NCBI GenBank assembly: GCA_013239625.1
Contig: MU054120.1
Span: forward strand, 1 to 64,000
Length of the DNA stretch: 64,000 nt
Origin: Lama guanicoe
Taxonomy: Eukaryota
Direction: 5' to 3'
Below the pieces are notes generated by a model. The model saw nothing but the letters and a program-made list of their open reading frames with translations. It did not search any database and was not told where the DNA came from. Positions within the stretch are counted from its first letter, which is position 1, and every line of letters begins with the position of its first letter. A program made the translations under genes and the position numbers. Shown here in pieces: positions 40,035 through 52,800 of the stretch.

Positions 40035-41002
40035 TGTAACCAACTCACAAAGATTGAGTGGACACCACACTCAGCACTTGTTTCAGATATTGAGACTAAT
40101 GATGCTGAGGAAGGCCTGTATCACTATGAACTTCCCTCTGAGGACTGCTTTTGCTGCATCCCATAGATTTTGTATGCTTATGTTTTCACTGTCGTTTGTC
40201 TTAAGGTATGTTTTTAATTTCCTCTTTGATTTCATCATCGACCCATTGGTTTTTTTTTAGTAGCATGTTAGTCTCCATGCAGTCGTTTTCTTCTCATTTT
40301 TCTTTCTATAGTTGATTTCTAGTTTCATGCCATTGTGGTCAGAAAAGATGCTTGCAATAGTTGCTATCCTCTTAAATTTGTTGAGACTTCTTTTGTGTCC
40401 AAATATGTGGTCTATCCTAGAGAATGTTCCATGTGCACTTGAAAAGAATGTATATTCTGTTTTGGGGGATGTAATATCCTGAAAATATCAAGTAAGTCTA
40501 ACTGTTCTATTGTGTCATTTAGTATCTCCATCGCCTTACTGATTTTCTGTCTGGAAGATCTGTCCAGTGATGTTAGTAGGGTGTTTAAAGTGTCCAACTA
40601 TTATTGTATTTCCATCAATTCCTCCCTTTATGTTTGTTAGTAATTGTCTTATACAGAGTCTGATGATGCTGAATACACACACACGCACGCGCGCGCACAC
40701 ACACACCCCAAAAGAGTATAAAACAGTGTATTTCTTATATAATGAGGCTTTCTTGGGTGAGAGCAGGATGATGTCCCAAGGTGGTCTAAGAGAAGACTGA
40801 CTCTGCTTTATGGTTAGGGAATAGAGCTGGGTGAGAGTTCTTATACATGGGCCAGAGATTATATACTTTGAACTTACTAGCAGCACAGAAAGAGAGAGCA
40901 CCGAGGCTTACTTTATCAGCTCCACTGACTGTGGAGGGGAAGTGGTGGGGCTTGAAAGCTGTCAGGAATCAAACATGTAAAAGGGAGTCAGTCTTTGTTA
41001 CA
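40035..41002 (-). mobile_element. 5' LTR of the ERV-L-like provirus, split by an L1 fragment
   Basis: TGTAAC at 40035 and TTACA at 41002. Segments 40035-40108 and 40656-41002 are collinear with the LTRs at 28602 and 37027. Confidence 0.82.
40106..40655 (-). mobile_element. Internal L1 ORF2 (endonuclease-domain) fragment, no 3'UTR or poly(A)
   Basis: Minus ORFs give 'LTSLDRSSRQKISKAMEILNDTIEQLDLLDIFRILHP' and 'IRQLLTNIKGGIDGNTIIVGHF', matching the L1 APE endonuclease. Flanked by gagactaatgatgctga and gagtctgatgatgctga. Confidence 0.92.
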
Positions 41003-42609
41003 GTTCCAAATGATCCCTCTTTTCTCTGATTATTATTCAGTTTCCTTGTAAAAGAACAATATGGTAATATTCCTTTTGAGAATAAGGTAGGTAAAAATAA
41101 ATGCATGCCTGTGTAATATTAATACTAATATATGACAAGGGCCCAAAATTACAATTGAGGAACATTAAAAAAATGAATGTGGGAAACATTAAATGAGACT
41201 GAAACTAAATTAGAATTGTATGTAAGGGAGAGTATAACAATTTAGGAAATAGTATGAAATGATATACACATGTAATTAAAGTTTCAATTCCTCTATGAAG
41301 AATTATTTTGTGGGTTGTACCAAACTGCATATGATATTACCTTTCAATGATCATGTAATCAGATTTCGTTCTGAATAGCCTAATTTATCTGCTTAAATTA
41401 TCACACATTAAAATTGAATTTAAATAATTTAGTATTGAATATTTATAAACATTAAGAGGGGAAAAGAGCAGCTATTTATTTCACCACCAAGAAATTAAAG
41501 CCAGCTGAAATTCTAAATACCCAGCAAGTTCTACAATGACCAAAATAACAATATTCAAGATACAAATAGAAACGATTTTTTAACCTCACTGAGAGTTAGA
41601 CATCAGTTTTCCAAACAGCCTGCTAGTCCCCTCTAAACATCTCAGATATGCATGAGTCATGCTTTGTACTAACTAGCTTAAATAATGTGATCATTCATAA
41701 CTCTATTACGAGCAAAGTTATGTTTTAAATGCCATTTACTGCAAATAATGTTCTCTGAAGAATGCATTACAGATTTGCTTCTTTTTAAAAGGAAAGTAAA
41801 TATTAAAGCTAACTAAATGTCTATACCCCTGAGTCTTTGAGGACAGCAGAAGAAAAAACTCATATTTTGCATAAATTCTGTGATGTGTCTTTCCTGTCAA
41901 CCACACTGACTTCCATGTATAATTTTAAATAAATTAATTTTGACTATATTAATTGCAATTAAAAAATTTTAGTAGATACTCTTAAATATTTTTCTTGCTT
42001 TTAAAGAGAAAATTATGAAAGCAAGAGTTTAAAAATCTATGAGAAATAAATAATTGTAAGCTACTTATTGAAATAAGGTGCTTTTATTTTGAGGGAAGCC
42101 TAGGATATCACAGTGCTAGGGAAGCTCCAGCATATGCTTAAAAAATTAAATATCCAGAGCATAATTTAAGACATAGATTTACAAAGCTCTAGTTAAATAA
42201 TGTGTTTAGGATTAACAGCTAATGAATTGCAAAATTAAACTTCAACCTTCAAAGCAGTAACTCTTAAGATGCCATTATAGTCAAGAGACCCTTGAAGATA
42301 AAAGATACAATGTCTACTAGAAAAAAGTAAACAATTTAATTAGAAATGTGAATTTTCCCATGCAATTGGTGACCAGTATAAAATACTGGTAAATAAGCTC
42401 AGATAGACAAAAGCCACAGTACATTAAATACTGTCTGCACGAGACATGTACTGGAAATGAAGCTATAGGAGCAATGTTACCTCTAAAAAAAATCTTCAAT
42501 TTTGTGTGATAGGATTGTTTCACTGGGCTTTCTAAAGTTTATATTAGATATCCCTTCTAATAAAATAATAAATAAACATTTCATTATCTGTCATATGCTT
42601 TCATGTTCA

Positions 42610-43180
42610 CTGTGTGTATCAGGGGAATGCTTTTGGTTTCAATTAGCAAAATACATGACTAATAACGGCATGAAAAATATAAAGACATTTATTGTTCAAT
42701 TAACAACTATCATAAAAGAGGATGGTATTTACCCAACTGTTAAACAATGTTTTCAAGCAACTGGGATCTTTCTGTTACTGCCCTGCTATCCTTAACATGT
42801 TGATTTCTTCTTCATTTTGTCCTTTAATTTTACAAAATGTTGGCTAGAGCTACACATGTGCATTAAAGGCAATAATAAAAGGAAAGGAATAATGCCAGCT
42901 AGTCTGAAGGGTTTTCTTTTTTAATCAATAAAGCAAATCTTTCTCAGAATCCTATGACCCCCCCCAGATGTTCAATGATGATTTATTGTTTATATCTGGG
43001 ACACATGTCTATCTTTAACTCAAGAAAAGGTTAGAAAGCCACTACTGTTGGAGTTAGATAGAGAGAACGGGTTTGCAGATGGAAGTTATGCTGCCCAGTC
43101 AATGAGGTCAACCACATCAAGCCATCACCAATTGTTCCATAAGGAGCTGCAACAAGAGAGAACACACTGATTCCTAGAAA
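42610..43180 (-). mobile_element. Old MaLR LTR remnant (MLT1J/K-like)
   Basis: 'ttctgttactgccctgctatccttaacatgttg...caaaatgttggctagagctacac...ggacacatgtctatctttaact'. Confidence 0.5.
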
Positions 43181-43212
43181 GGAATATCTTTCAGTTAATA
43201 TACTGAGATGGG

Positions 43213-43245
<33 letters not shown>

Positions 43246-43354
43246 AAAACAAGATTGATCGATCTATCTACACACACACACACACACATATATATATATC
43301 ACACAAGATCTATAGAGAGATAGACAGATCGATTGATCGATCAATCTTGTGTGA
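43213..43354. repeat. Compound (TA)n/(CA)n/(GATC)-type repeat with inverted arms
   Basis: Read directly; see the finding at 43249-43354. Confidence 0.9.
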
Positions 43355-43824
43355 ATTTTATTTACGTGAATCTTTATAAAGGTAAACATATATGGAAAAC
43401 AGGCAATTCCATTTCTGCCCTGCAAGATCATAAGCTAACATGTGGAATAGCAATTCTCTAATGAGAGGCTGCCTCTTGGTAGCCTTTCATGAGTTAAAAG
43501 CCAGAACGCTTTGACATCCAAGTTCAAACACTAAGCGTGTTGGGTTTTGAGGTGTGCTAATTATCATTACTTCTCCCTTCATATAGACTCTGAATAAAGT
43601 GAGAAACAAGTATAAGTTTCAAATTAAGATATTTGTATCAGCTTTGTTAGTGTAAATCTGAAATGAATAATAGAACTTTAATCAGGGGCTGAATTTTGGC
43701 CTTCCCCCTGCTTCCCCAGCTATAATCCACTCATATTTGTGGAGGATTGTATACAGCTTTATTAAAACTCATTGTAATTAAAAAGAGAGAGTTAGAAAGT
43801 GGGGGGGTGGGGAGAAGGCTTAAG

Positions 43825-43885
43825 GAGACAGAGAAAGAAGGAGAGAGAGAGACAGAGAGACAGAAAGACAGAGAGAGGGAGAGGG
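43825..43885. repeat. (GA)n-rich tract
   Basis: Read directly from the sequence. Confidence 0.85.
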
Positions 43886-44089
43886 AACTCAGTCTGCCTT
43901 AATTAGCATATTTGCTTCTGCTGTCTTGGAGGTTCTGAGGCATGTGAAGAGATCTCCCTCTGTTATCTGAGGAATTCCTGAGTACGTGTGTTGAAGAGAA
44001 GAACCTTTCTCCTACTGCAAAACCTGAAAAACCCAGATATTTGCTTTTCAAGTAACCTTGTCTCTGAGGCAAAATACTGGTCCTAGACT

Positions 44090-44790
44090 CCACTAACCAG
44101 ATGTCTGTCTCCTAGGCACTGAATTAGGAACTAGAGAAACATGAACTATGTAAAGGCCATGATTGCAGTGGTGACAGCAAATCCTTTTCCTGGAACAATG
44201 ATGACAGTGGTTCCAGGATTGGGATTCAGTGTCAAAGAGCAATGATGACAGCAGTACCAGCCTTCAAACACGTTTTTCCACGTAGGAAGAATCAGTGTTC
44301 TCACTGCACAGACACTGCCACATCATTTTGGATATGGTTCTGTTTGCTACTAAGTACCCTTTATCTGAGTCAATTTAAGTGAGATTATGTTGTTTAATAA
44401 ACAAACCAAAGTCTCAGGGTTAAAAATGATCAGCGTTTATTTCTGAGACTTGTACTTTAGGAACAGTCCCTGTATGGAACACGCTGAGTTTATGAGCAAA
44501 AGAAAAGAGAGATGGTGGAATCATGCAATGCCTCTTAAAGCTTCATTTTAGAAGTGGTGTAAAAACATTCCGTTTACATTTCATTGTCCAAAGCAAGTCA
44601 CAGAACAAAGCTTGATATAAGCAGAGTGGAGAACCATGTGCTTGTTCTTATCTCTTTTGTGTATTGCTTTAAAACTTGGTTCTTAAAACATTTTTGTCAG
44701 TACTGTGAACTATGCAATATCCTTTCAGTGGAATGCTGTTCTGCAAGAGTTAGTTTCTGTTGCTTGCAACTTGATTGATGAATACCTCTA
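44090..44790. mobile_element. Old LTR remnant (ERVL-type) with a probable nested MaLR piece (~44390-44640)
   Basis: The end 'gcaagagttagtttctgttgcttgcaac...gaatac' resembles an ERVL LTR 3' end; 'ccaaagcaagtcacagaacaaagcttga' resembles MLT1. Confidence 0.45.
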
Positions 44791-44919
44791 GTAGATGGGG
44801 ACCAAGCCCTGGCTCAGGTGCTCTGACTGTATGTAAACAGGAGCAGAGAAAGGACCTGTTACAAGGAGGAGAGAACAAGTTAGTAGAATCTCAGCAGAAA
44901 AATGTTTCTCCATTCTTCA

Positions 44920-45165
44920 GTAGAGCGTGGTGGTTAAGAACTGAACTTTGCAATCATGTGATTTGGTTAGGATCTCAACTTTTGTACTTATTATCTCCAT
45001 GACCTTTGCCAGACTATTGAGGTATGTCCCAGTTTCCTTGTCTGCAGAAAAGGAATAAAGTACCCACTGTCAAGGGCTGTTGTAAGGATCAGGTGGATTA
45101 ATATGTGGATACAGAATAGTGTGTGAACCATAATAAACACTTAGTTTTAGATATTATTGCTGTGG
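44920..45165 (+). mobile_element. MIR SINE
   Basis: 'gcgtggtggttaagaa...tgacctttgccagacta...cagtttccttgtctgcagaaaagg...gggctgttgtaaggat'. Confidence 0.75.
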
Positions 45166-47267
45166 TTATTATTGTTACTCCTAGAACGTGGCTGAAGATT
45201 GTTATTAGCCCCTATGGTGGTAACCCAAGAAAATGCAGCAAATAGCTCTCATTTCCAGAGTGAAACAAGAAGGCAGAGCAGGATGAGGTCCGTGTGAGTC
45301 TGAGTAATTACTGTAAATCACATCCTATGGAAGAAGTTAATCTTGAGTTTATACTATGGCTATATTTGCTTCTCAGCCCCTCCAGTGGTATGGAAAACCA
45401 TCCAACCAAAAACATAGCGTGGCACTCATGATAAGTTTCCACATAAACGTTATACTTAGAAAAGGCCTCTGACGAGTAGATTTGTTGGAGAAATTATTTC
45501 ACTGGATAGAACTTAGTGCCACTCCTTTTTGATGGAATGACTAATAATACAGTGCCTCCAATCTTGGCTGAAATATTGCCTTGTCACTGTATATATATGA
45601 GCTTAATGGCAATACCAGTGAAGAAAAAATTATATTCTGAACCTTTGCACAGCTCATAGCGCTGGCTGCACCTACGCTTCAAGTAATGACACTTGCTTAT
45701 GGACTTGATGTCAGCTGGACCTAACATATTAAATTCCATTCAGCACAAATACACAAAGAGGAAATAGAAAGAAAGGAAACTCGCTGTCATTAGGGGCATG
45801 TTTGTTAGTCCTTTTTCCAGGTTAACAATGGAATTTGGAATTAAGAGCTTTAGGAAGTAATGGAGAAAGGTGGAATGTGATCAGCACTTTAAATTCCGAA
45901 ATAGGAAAACTTCTGCTGATTGCATTTGTAAAAAGAAAATCAAATGAGATAACTACATTAAAGAGAAGGAGGTACTATATATCTCTTTCCATTTTTCTTC
46001 ATGTTCACTGGAAATAAAAAAAAAATATTGTATTAGCCAATAAAAGGGGAAAAGCTAATGATAAGCTAGATGGTTTAAAATTGGAAGTTGTAGAAATATG
46101 AGAAGTACAAATGTAATAAATTTATTCAAACACAGCACATAGCTATTATTATAAATTATTAGCTAGACAGCTAAATGAACTGTTGATTATGCAGTAGGTG
46201 TAACTTTAGAAAAGTAATATGAGAAATAACATTTGCATTTTTTCTGACTTCTTATTTGGAAATATACAAGATATTCTTGTTAACTCTTTTTTTTTTTTAA
46301 ATTAGCTTCTTAGGTTTTAAGAGAAAGAAGAAAAAGATAACAACACAGAGAAGACATATGTGTGTAGTTCAGGATAGTCCCAAATCTCTAATTATATTTC
46401 ATTAGTATATTTTTTTATAAAAATTCAAATATTTAAAAACCAGTCTTCAAATCATGCTGACTTTCCAGGGGACTATATTTATGGAAATATCCCAGTGCAA
46501 ATTGTCTTTGATGGCAAAGAGGTAGCCATGACAACACAGCTTTTAGAGACCAAAGAGCATATGTGCCATGCTATATATTGTTAATATGTACGTGGATGGA
46601 AAAAAAATTCTCCAATTAGTTTGAAATATTCAAAAAATGCAAGTCTTTTTCAATTAAATATTAAAAACATACGGAATATTTGACAGAAAATATAAGTGAT
46701 AAGAAAGAAAGAGGATAGGAAAGTGAATTATCTATTGATTAATTAGAATCAAGAAGGCACATTGCTAGATGCTGTAAGTGTGGTATATGATCCACACTAA
46801 ATTCCTACGAGAGGATCAAATAACCATGTTTTTGCAGTTGGGAGAGCTCGTGTTTGGAGAGATAAAGTAATTTTCTTAGTGCCATATGGTTAGCAAAGGG
46901 CGAAGCTAGACTAGAGTGCATTCATCATTGTACATTGGGCTAGGACTTGAAAACCAATGACAATATCTACAGATACAGACCTTGCAGAAGAAGAAAAACA
47001 GCATCAAGTAAACTAGATATTCCATAGATTTGTGCTTTAAGTGAAGAAAAAGGAGAGGCAAGTGGTCACCCGAACTTGAAGTTCCTCCAAATAATCTGCA
47101 ACTACATTACATGCATGCAGTCCAGTTATGTGGTAAATGTCAATCATCACAGTACATTCACTCTGGAATATATACCATCTATATATATGGCTACACTTAG
47201 AATTTGAGTTAGAAAAGGCAAAGAAGATTAATGAAAGCACATTTTATATTTAAAAATGTGTTAAAAT

Positions 47268-47682
47268 TTAACAGCTTTATTGAAGTATAATTGATATACA
47301 AAGAATTGAACATAGTTAACATGAACAATTTGATGAGTTTGGTCAAATATAAACATGATATCATCACCATAATCAAGGTAATAGATATACCCAGCACCTC
47401 CCAAAGTTTCTTTGGAAAGAGTGGGGAGGTAAAACACTTAACATGAGACCTATGCTCGTAGCAAATTTTAAAATACACAATACCATATTGACAGTTATAG
47501 GTGCTATGTTATACAACAGATCTCTAGAACTTACTTATCTAGCATAACTGAAACTTTATACTCTTGAATAACAATTCCCCACTTTTTCCAACCCAGCCCC
47601 TGATAACCACTGCTATATTCTCTGCTTCTATGAATTTGACTGTTTTAGACACCTCAGCTATGTGGAATCATACAATATTTGA
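47268..47682 (-). mobile_element. L1 3'UTR end (L1MA-like)
   Basis: 'aacagctttattgaagtataattgatatac...agatctctagaacttac...ttctctgcttctatgaatttgactgttttaga'. Confidence 0.88.
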
Positions 47683-49531
47683 AATACACCATTTTACATA
47701 TTAATAATTGGCTACAGAGAATAGCATTCTTCCTCATTGACTCTTGCTCTCAGACTTGCAGAAAAACAATTTACTTATATCCAAACCAATATTTATAAGT
47801 TTCAAAGTAACAAATGGTTTGAAAGTACAGTAAAATAGACTTCAACTCATGGAGCATTCAATCTGGAAGATTCAGATACTTTCAAGATCATATTGTTCAA
47901 AAAGCACATCATTGTTTAAATTTTACAAGTGTCACATGAACCATTTTTGTGAAACCATCAAATAATACAGGCCAAGCAAAAATGCCCCTTACAATTACCT
48001 CCGTACCACGCTACTCAATGGTAATGACTGTTATTTACTATTGTTTTTAGTTTATTTCTTCCAGAACTCTGTGTTCATTATATGTAAGTTTATATGTGAT
48101 ATATGTATGTATGTGTGCATTTATGTATATATATGCATACATATATAGTTATAAGTGTATGAACATGCACTTATATATGTATACACACGTGCAATTTTTT
48201 TAAAAAGCTTTTCAGACCTACACACATACAGCTTTTGCTCTGAGTTTTTGAGAGTGGAAATAAAATTGTGTGTATTTCACCATCAGCCTTTCAGTCAGGA
48301 TAGAGATTTTCCATTATCTATAGATTATATAGCTCTATCTTACTCTTTTAACTGCTGCATCACATTTCAATCATTAGAAGGTTTCACTATTACAAAACAC
48401 TGCAGGGAACATCTTTGTGATAACTCTTCTGTAGATTAGATTCCTGAAATGGGAGCTGTTTGTTATGCATCTAGCGAGTTATGCTTCAAAATATAGTAGG
48501 TCCACTGAGAACCAATACTGAATGTGGGTTCCTATTCACTCTAAAATTTAACACTGTGTATTATCATCTGTTCGACTGCTCTTACTTTGTTGAGGAAAAA
48601 CAAGTATCAACGTATTAATTTGTAATGTCCTCTTTACTTGTGAGGTTGATTTTATTTTTATATTTTATTGACTAGATGGTATTTCTTTTTCTGTAAAATA
48701 GTTCTTAGTATCACTTGACCACCTAAAAATTGGAGCTTTTCTTTTTTTAATGGCTTGTGGATGATGTTAATATTATTCAATGTTAATATTAAGTAAATAT
48801 TATTATCTTCCTCTTAGAATTGAGAATATTTTTCTCCCAAACTGTGTTTTCACTTTGTGCATGTTGTTTAAATGCCCTACCTTTTTGAGGAAGCAATAAT
48901 GAACTGAGTTTACTTGGCCCTCTCTATGCAAAGTTGACAACAAATGCACTTTTTCCTAAAGTCTGTTTCAGGTGTTCCTGATTAGTATGCATGTCCAAAT
49001 CTGCCTATATTAATAAGTGGCTTGCTTGTCAGGCAAATCAATCAATGGAAAATTTATATTTTAGCAATAACTAAAAGATGACATAAATAAATAAGTATTT
49101 TAAAAGCCTAGTTATATCATTTGATAGCCTTTGTTCTTCTAAAGTTTTCTCTGTATGTGTGATCTCCAAGCTGATCACTCAAGGACAGATAACACTGATA
49201 GCAAGAGTCTGTCCCTAGCTACTAAGGACCACTCAGTTACCTTAATATCAAAGTTAATCTTAAATAGGTGGCAGGATAGATGAAAATGCAATCATGCAAG
49301 TATAACCTGACATACTCATATCAAATGAAGAGGATGAGCAAGGAAGAACTTTATTTGGTAATCTCTTTCTATCATTTTGGATTCTGTTGGTAGGTTAACT
49401 TCATGAAACACTGTTTTTCATGCTATTGCCTACTAAAATTCTAGTGGTTCTCTGTTGCTTGTGGGACACTGGAGAACATACTGAAATTCAAGGCTCTGCA
49501 TAATCTGATCTTCCTCTATCTGTCCCACATT

Positions 49532-49898
49532 TTTTCTCTTTTATTTTATTTTTTTCTATCAAGTTATAGTCATTTTACAATGCTGTGTCAAATTCCAGTG
49601 TACAGCACAATTTTTCAGTTATGTATAAACATATAAATATACATTGTCACATTTTTTTTTCGCTGTGAGCTACCATAAGATCTTGTATGTATTTCCTTGT
49701 GCTATACAGTATAATTTTGTTTATCCATTCTACATTTTGAAGTCCCAGTCTGTCCCTTCCCACCCCCTGCCCCCTTGGCAACCACAAGTTTGTATTCTAT
49801 GTCTGTGACTCTGTTTCTGTTTTGTATTTATGTTTTGTTTTGTTTTGTTTAGATTCCACACATAAGCGATCTCATATAATATTTTTCTTTCTCTTTCT
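49532..49898 (-). mobile_element. Young 5'-truncated L1 3' end
   Basis: Very similar to 26628-26994; flanking repeat ccacatt at 49525-49531 and 49899-49905. Confidence 0.92.
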
Positions 49899-52379
49899 CC
49901 ACATTGTTTTTTTCTTATCCTTCACTCCTTCTTGACTCAACGATGAATTTTGCACTCCAGCTAGGCTTGAAACTTGACTCTACTTGGACTAGTCATCTGC
50001 ATTTTCAACTCTAAGATCTAGAGCTAAGACACTGAAGCAACACACTGTAATTGTTAAGACTCAGGCTTTATATTAAAGGCAATGAGGGGATACTGAGGTT
50101 TTCACCTTGTCTCATCAAGAGGAGGAGGATAAATTTTAAAAAGCTTTATATGGTGCCTTATATTTCTTTTGATTCTCTCCTAGCAGTCAGTAAATAAAAC
50201 ACAAAGAGCTAGGTAAATAGGTTATGCTCAACAGTTAACAATACCAAAAAATTATATTTTTATTAGATATCTGAATTCCAAATCAGAAAAGATAAATTAC
50301 AAACAGAAATTCCTGAATGTTTTTCTCAGCATATTCTTCTTTCTGGGCCTTTTATTTCAGTTATAAAAATGAGATTCTAGTCTATAATTTATTGAATGGT
50401 AGCATAATATAGCAAAAAAAAAAGATTTCATTGACAGTAATGAAAACTGAAGTATTTTTATCCCAATTTAATATATGTGAACATATTCAATAATTTTCTT
50501 AGCTTTTCATATTGAACATTTTAACAATATAGATAGAAAATAAGATAAAATAGCTTATTCAGATTAATTAAATTTGAATGTGTCTTAATATTCGTGTGTA
50601 TATAATAGATTTGCTTCTTACTATTAAAGTCCTGGGTTAAATGAATTATATCAAATAATGCGTCTGTGTGCACATTAAACACTATAAATGTCTGGGGAAA
50701 CCTCATATTTGTATTTTATTTTACTGAAAGATGAAGTATACATACATTTTGAGTTAATGGAGTACTAGTCACTGTTTTCTACTTCTTCCTTTCTATTATG
50801 GCAATCATTTGGGGTTCTAAATTTGGTTTAATCTTCATGACACCTCCAAATGAAATTTGAGGTGATGAAATAAAATGAAATAGAAGTTTGGATGGAGAGA
50901 AAAAATATAAGTTTGGACACATAGTAATTTTAATAGAATCTCACTCAGAGTTAAATACAATAAAAGGACTAAAAACAGGATTTGGAGAAAAGTAAAATTT
51001 ATAGCCAAGACTATGATAATACAGTAAGAATATAAAATATACAGATGACTAAATCCACTAAATTTTCCCCTTGGTCATGTGCATGATCATGAGCAAAAAA
51101 AAAAAAAAGTTATATTACCTTCCAAGTCCATTGTTAACTCTTCATAAAAAAGCACTAAAAATCAAAAATAAAAGCAAGAAGTTACGAATAATTTTTCTAC
51201 CTGTGTTTATATTTGTCCTTGCTTTAACAGCTGTATAAGCACTGCATTTGAAGATTGAACTCCCTTAACCCTTTCTTAGCAGCTGGTTCTCTGTTGCCTA
51301 TGGGAAAACTGCTCAACTTCTGACCATTCTGACTTTGAGCACCAAGTTTATTGTATGTTGCTTTGCTGCTTGATTTATAGAAAACATAGGAGATATTTAT
51401 ATAAACTAACTGAGATAATTGTCTCCAAAATTCTGAATGCCACATACCTATATATTTTCCTAATTGAAAACTTGAAATTGCTAAATCTTGACACTGTGTT
51501 TTGTCTCTCCTTATCTGAACCTTAATTCCTCTATGAGCATATCTTCCTGGTTTGTTTTTGTATTTGTTTCTTTATTATTCTCTATAAGTGTGGTCTAAAG
51601 TCAGAACCCACCCCCTCTTACTATTTGCTCTTCATCAGGAATCTCAAATATCTTGATATAGGGCTATATTTTCAAATCTAGTTAATATATTTTAAATCAC
51701 TTTCTTTAAAACACCTGTGAAAGAGGCACCATTTGTCTCAAGGTATCAGAAACTGAACATATAGTATTTATTTAGAAATAATATTAATTTTACTTCAAAG
51801 AATAAAAGATCATGCTTGGAATCTAAAATGAAGCTACTTCTGTATTTTCTAAATTTTCAGACATGACTCATAATTTATGAGTTTATCTCTATGATGTTTC
51901 TCCATTTTATTAAGTTATTTACCTAAACTAATATGATCATGAGAAGATATTGAGTTAGTATGTAAGAAATAATGTCAATTCTTATTCCTTATAGTTTATT
52001 ATTTGAATCATTTATTTATAGCAATGTTCTATATTTAGAAAAAAAAGGACAGTTTTTGTCAACAAGTGTCTTCCAGTCTAGTAAATAACTTTATAAAGAA
52101 TTGTTCCTTTTTGCTTTATAATATATTACAATGAAAATATAATAGTATTAGCTTTGTGATATAAATATATTACAAAAAATGTATGTTACCCTTATCTTTC
52201 TCTTTAAATTTTATAATTTAATTGAAATTACACTAAATGTGTAAGTAATTGGAAAAAAATTACCTCTTCTGCAGTAAGGTTTCTTTACAATTACATAAAT
52301 CTACTTTGAATCTCAATCATATATGAACACAGCATGGATATCTTCAGTATTAACAGAATTAGGAAGTTTCTCTTCCATT

Positions 52380-52800
52380 CTTCTTTGCTGAAGAGATTAC
52401 TTGAAAGGATGCTGGAGGAGTCATTACCATGGAAATTATGGGAAGATTCACATAAGAGGCATGTGAGCTAAGGGTTGGGTATTGAAGATTAGTCCTGGAG
52501 GAATGGAGGGGTGAGATGGGTGCATTAGAGGCTAAGGGACGAGTGTGTAAGGAACTGCAAGAGATAGCTTCAGCTGACATATAGGGTACGAGTTGCACTC
52601 AAAGGAGATGAGGCTCTGGACACCAGTTTTAGTCAAACTGTGAAAGACTTAAACTGCTGTACTAAGACATTCCCATTTTATCCTATGGATAATGAAATTG
52701 GCGAGCAAATAAAAACACACATATAATAAGAATATGGTATGTACTAGAGATGAGGCAAGGAAATCTAAGTAGGAAATTGGGTGACAGTGTAAGTTAAACA
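52380..52800 (-). mobile_element. L2 remnant
   Basis: Purine-rich L2-like text ('gacttaaactgctgtactaagacattcccattttatcctatggataatg'). Confidence 0.5.

Noticed and set aside
51205..51360. Splice-acceptor-like sequence (ttgtccttgctttaacag); similar at ~32250 and ~55203
   Set aside because: No convincing paired donor or recognisable coding frame; such motifs are common in T-rich DNA.
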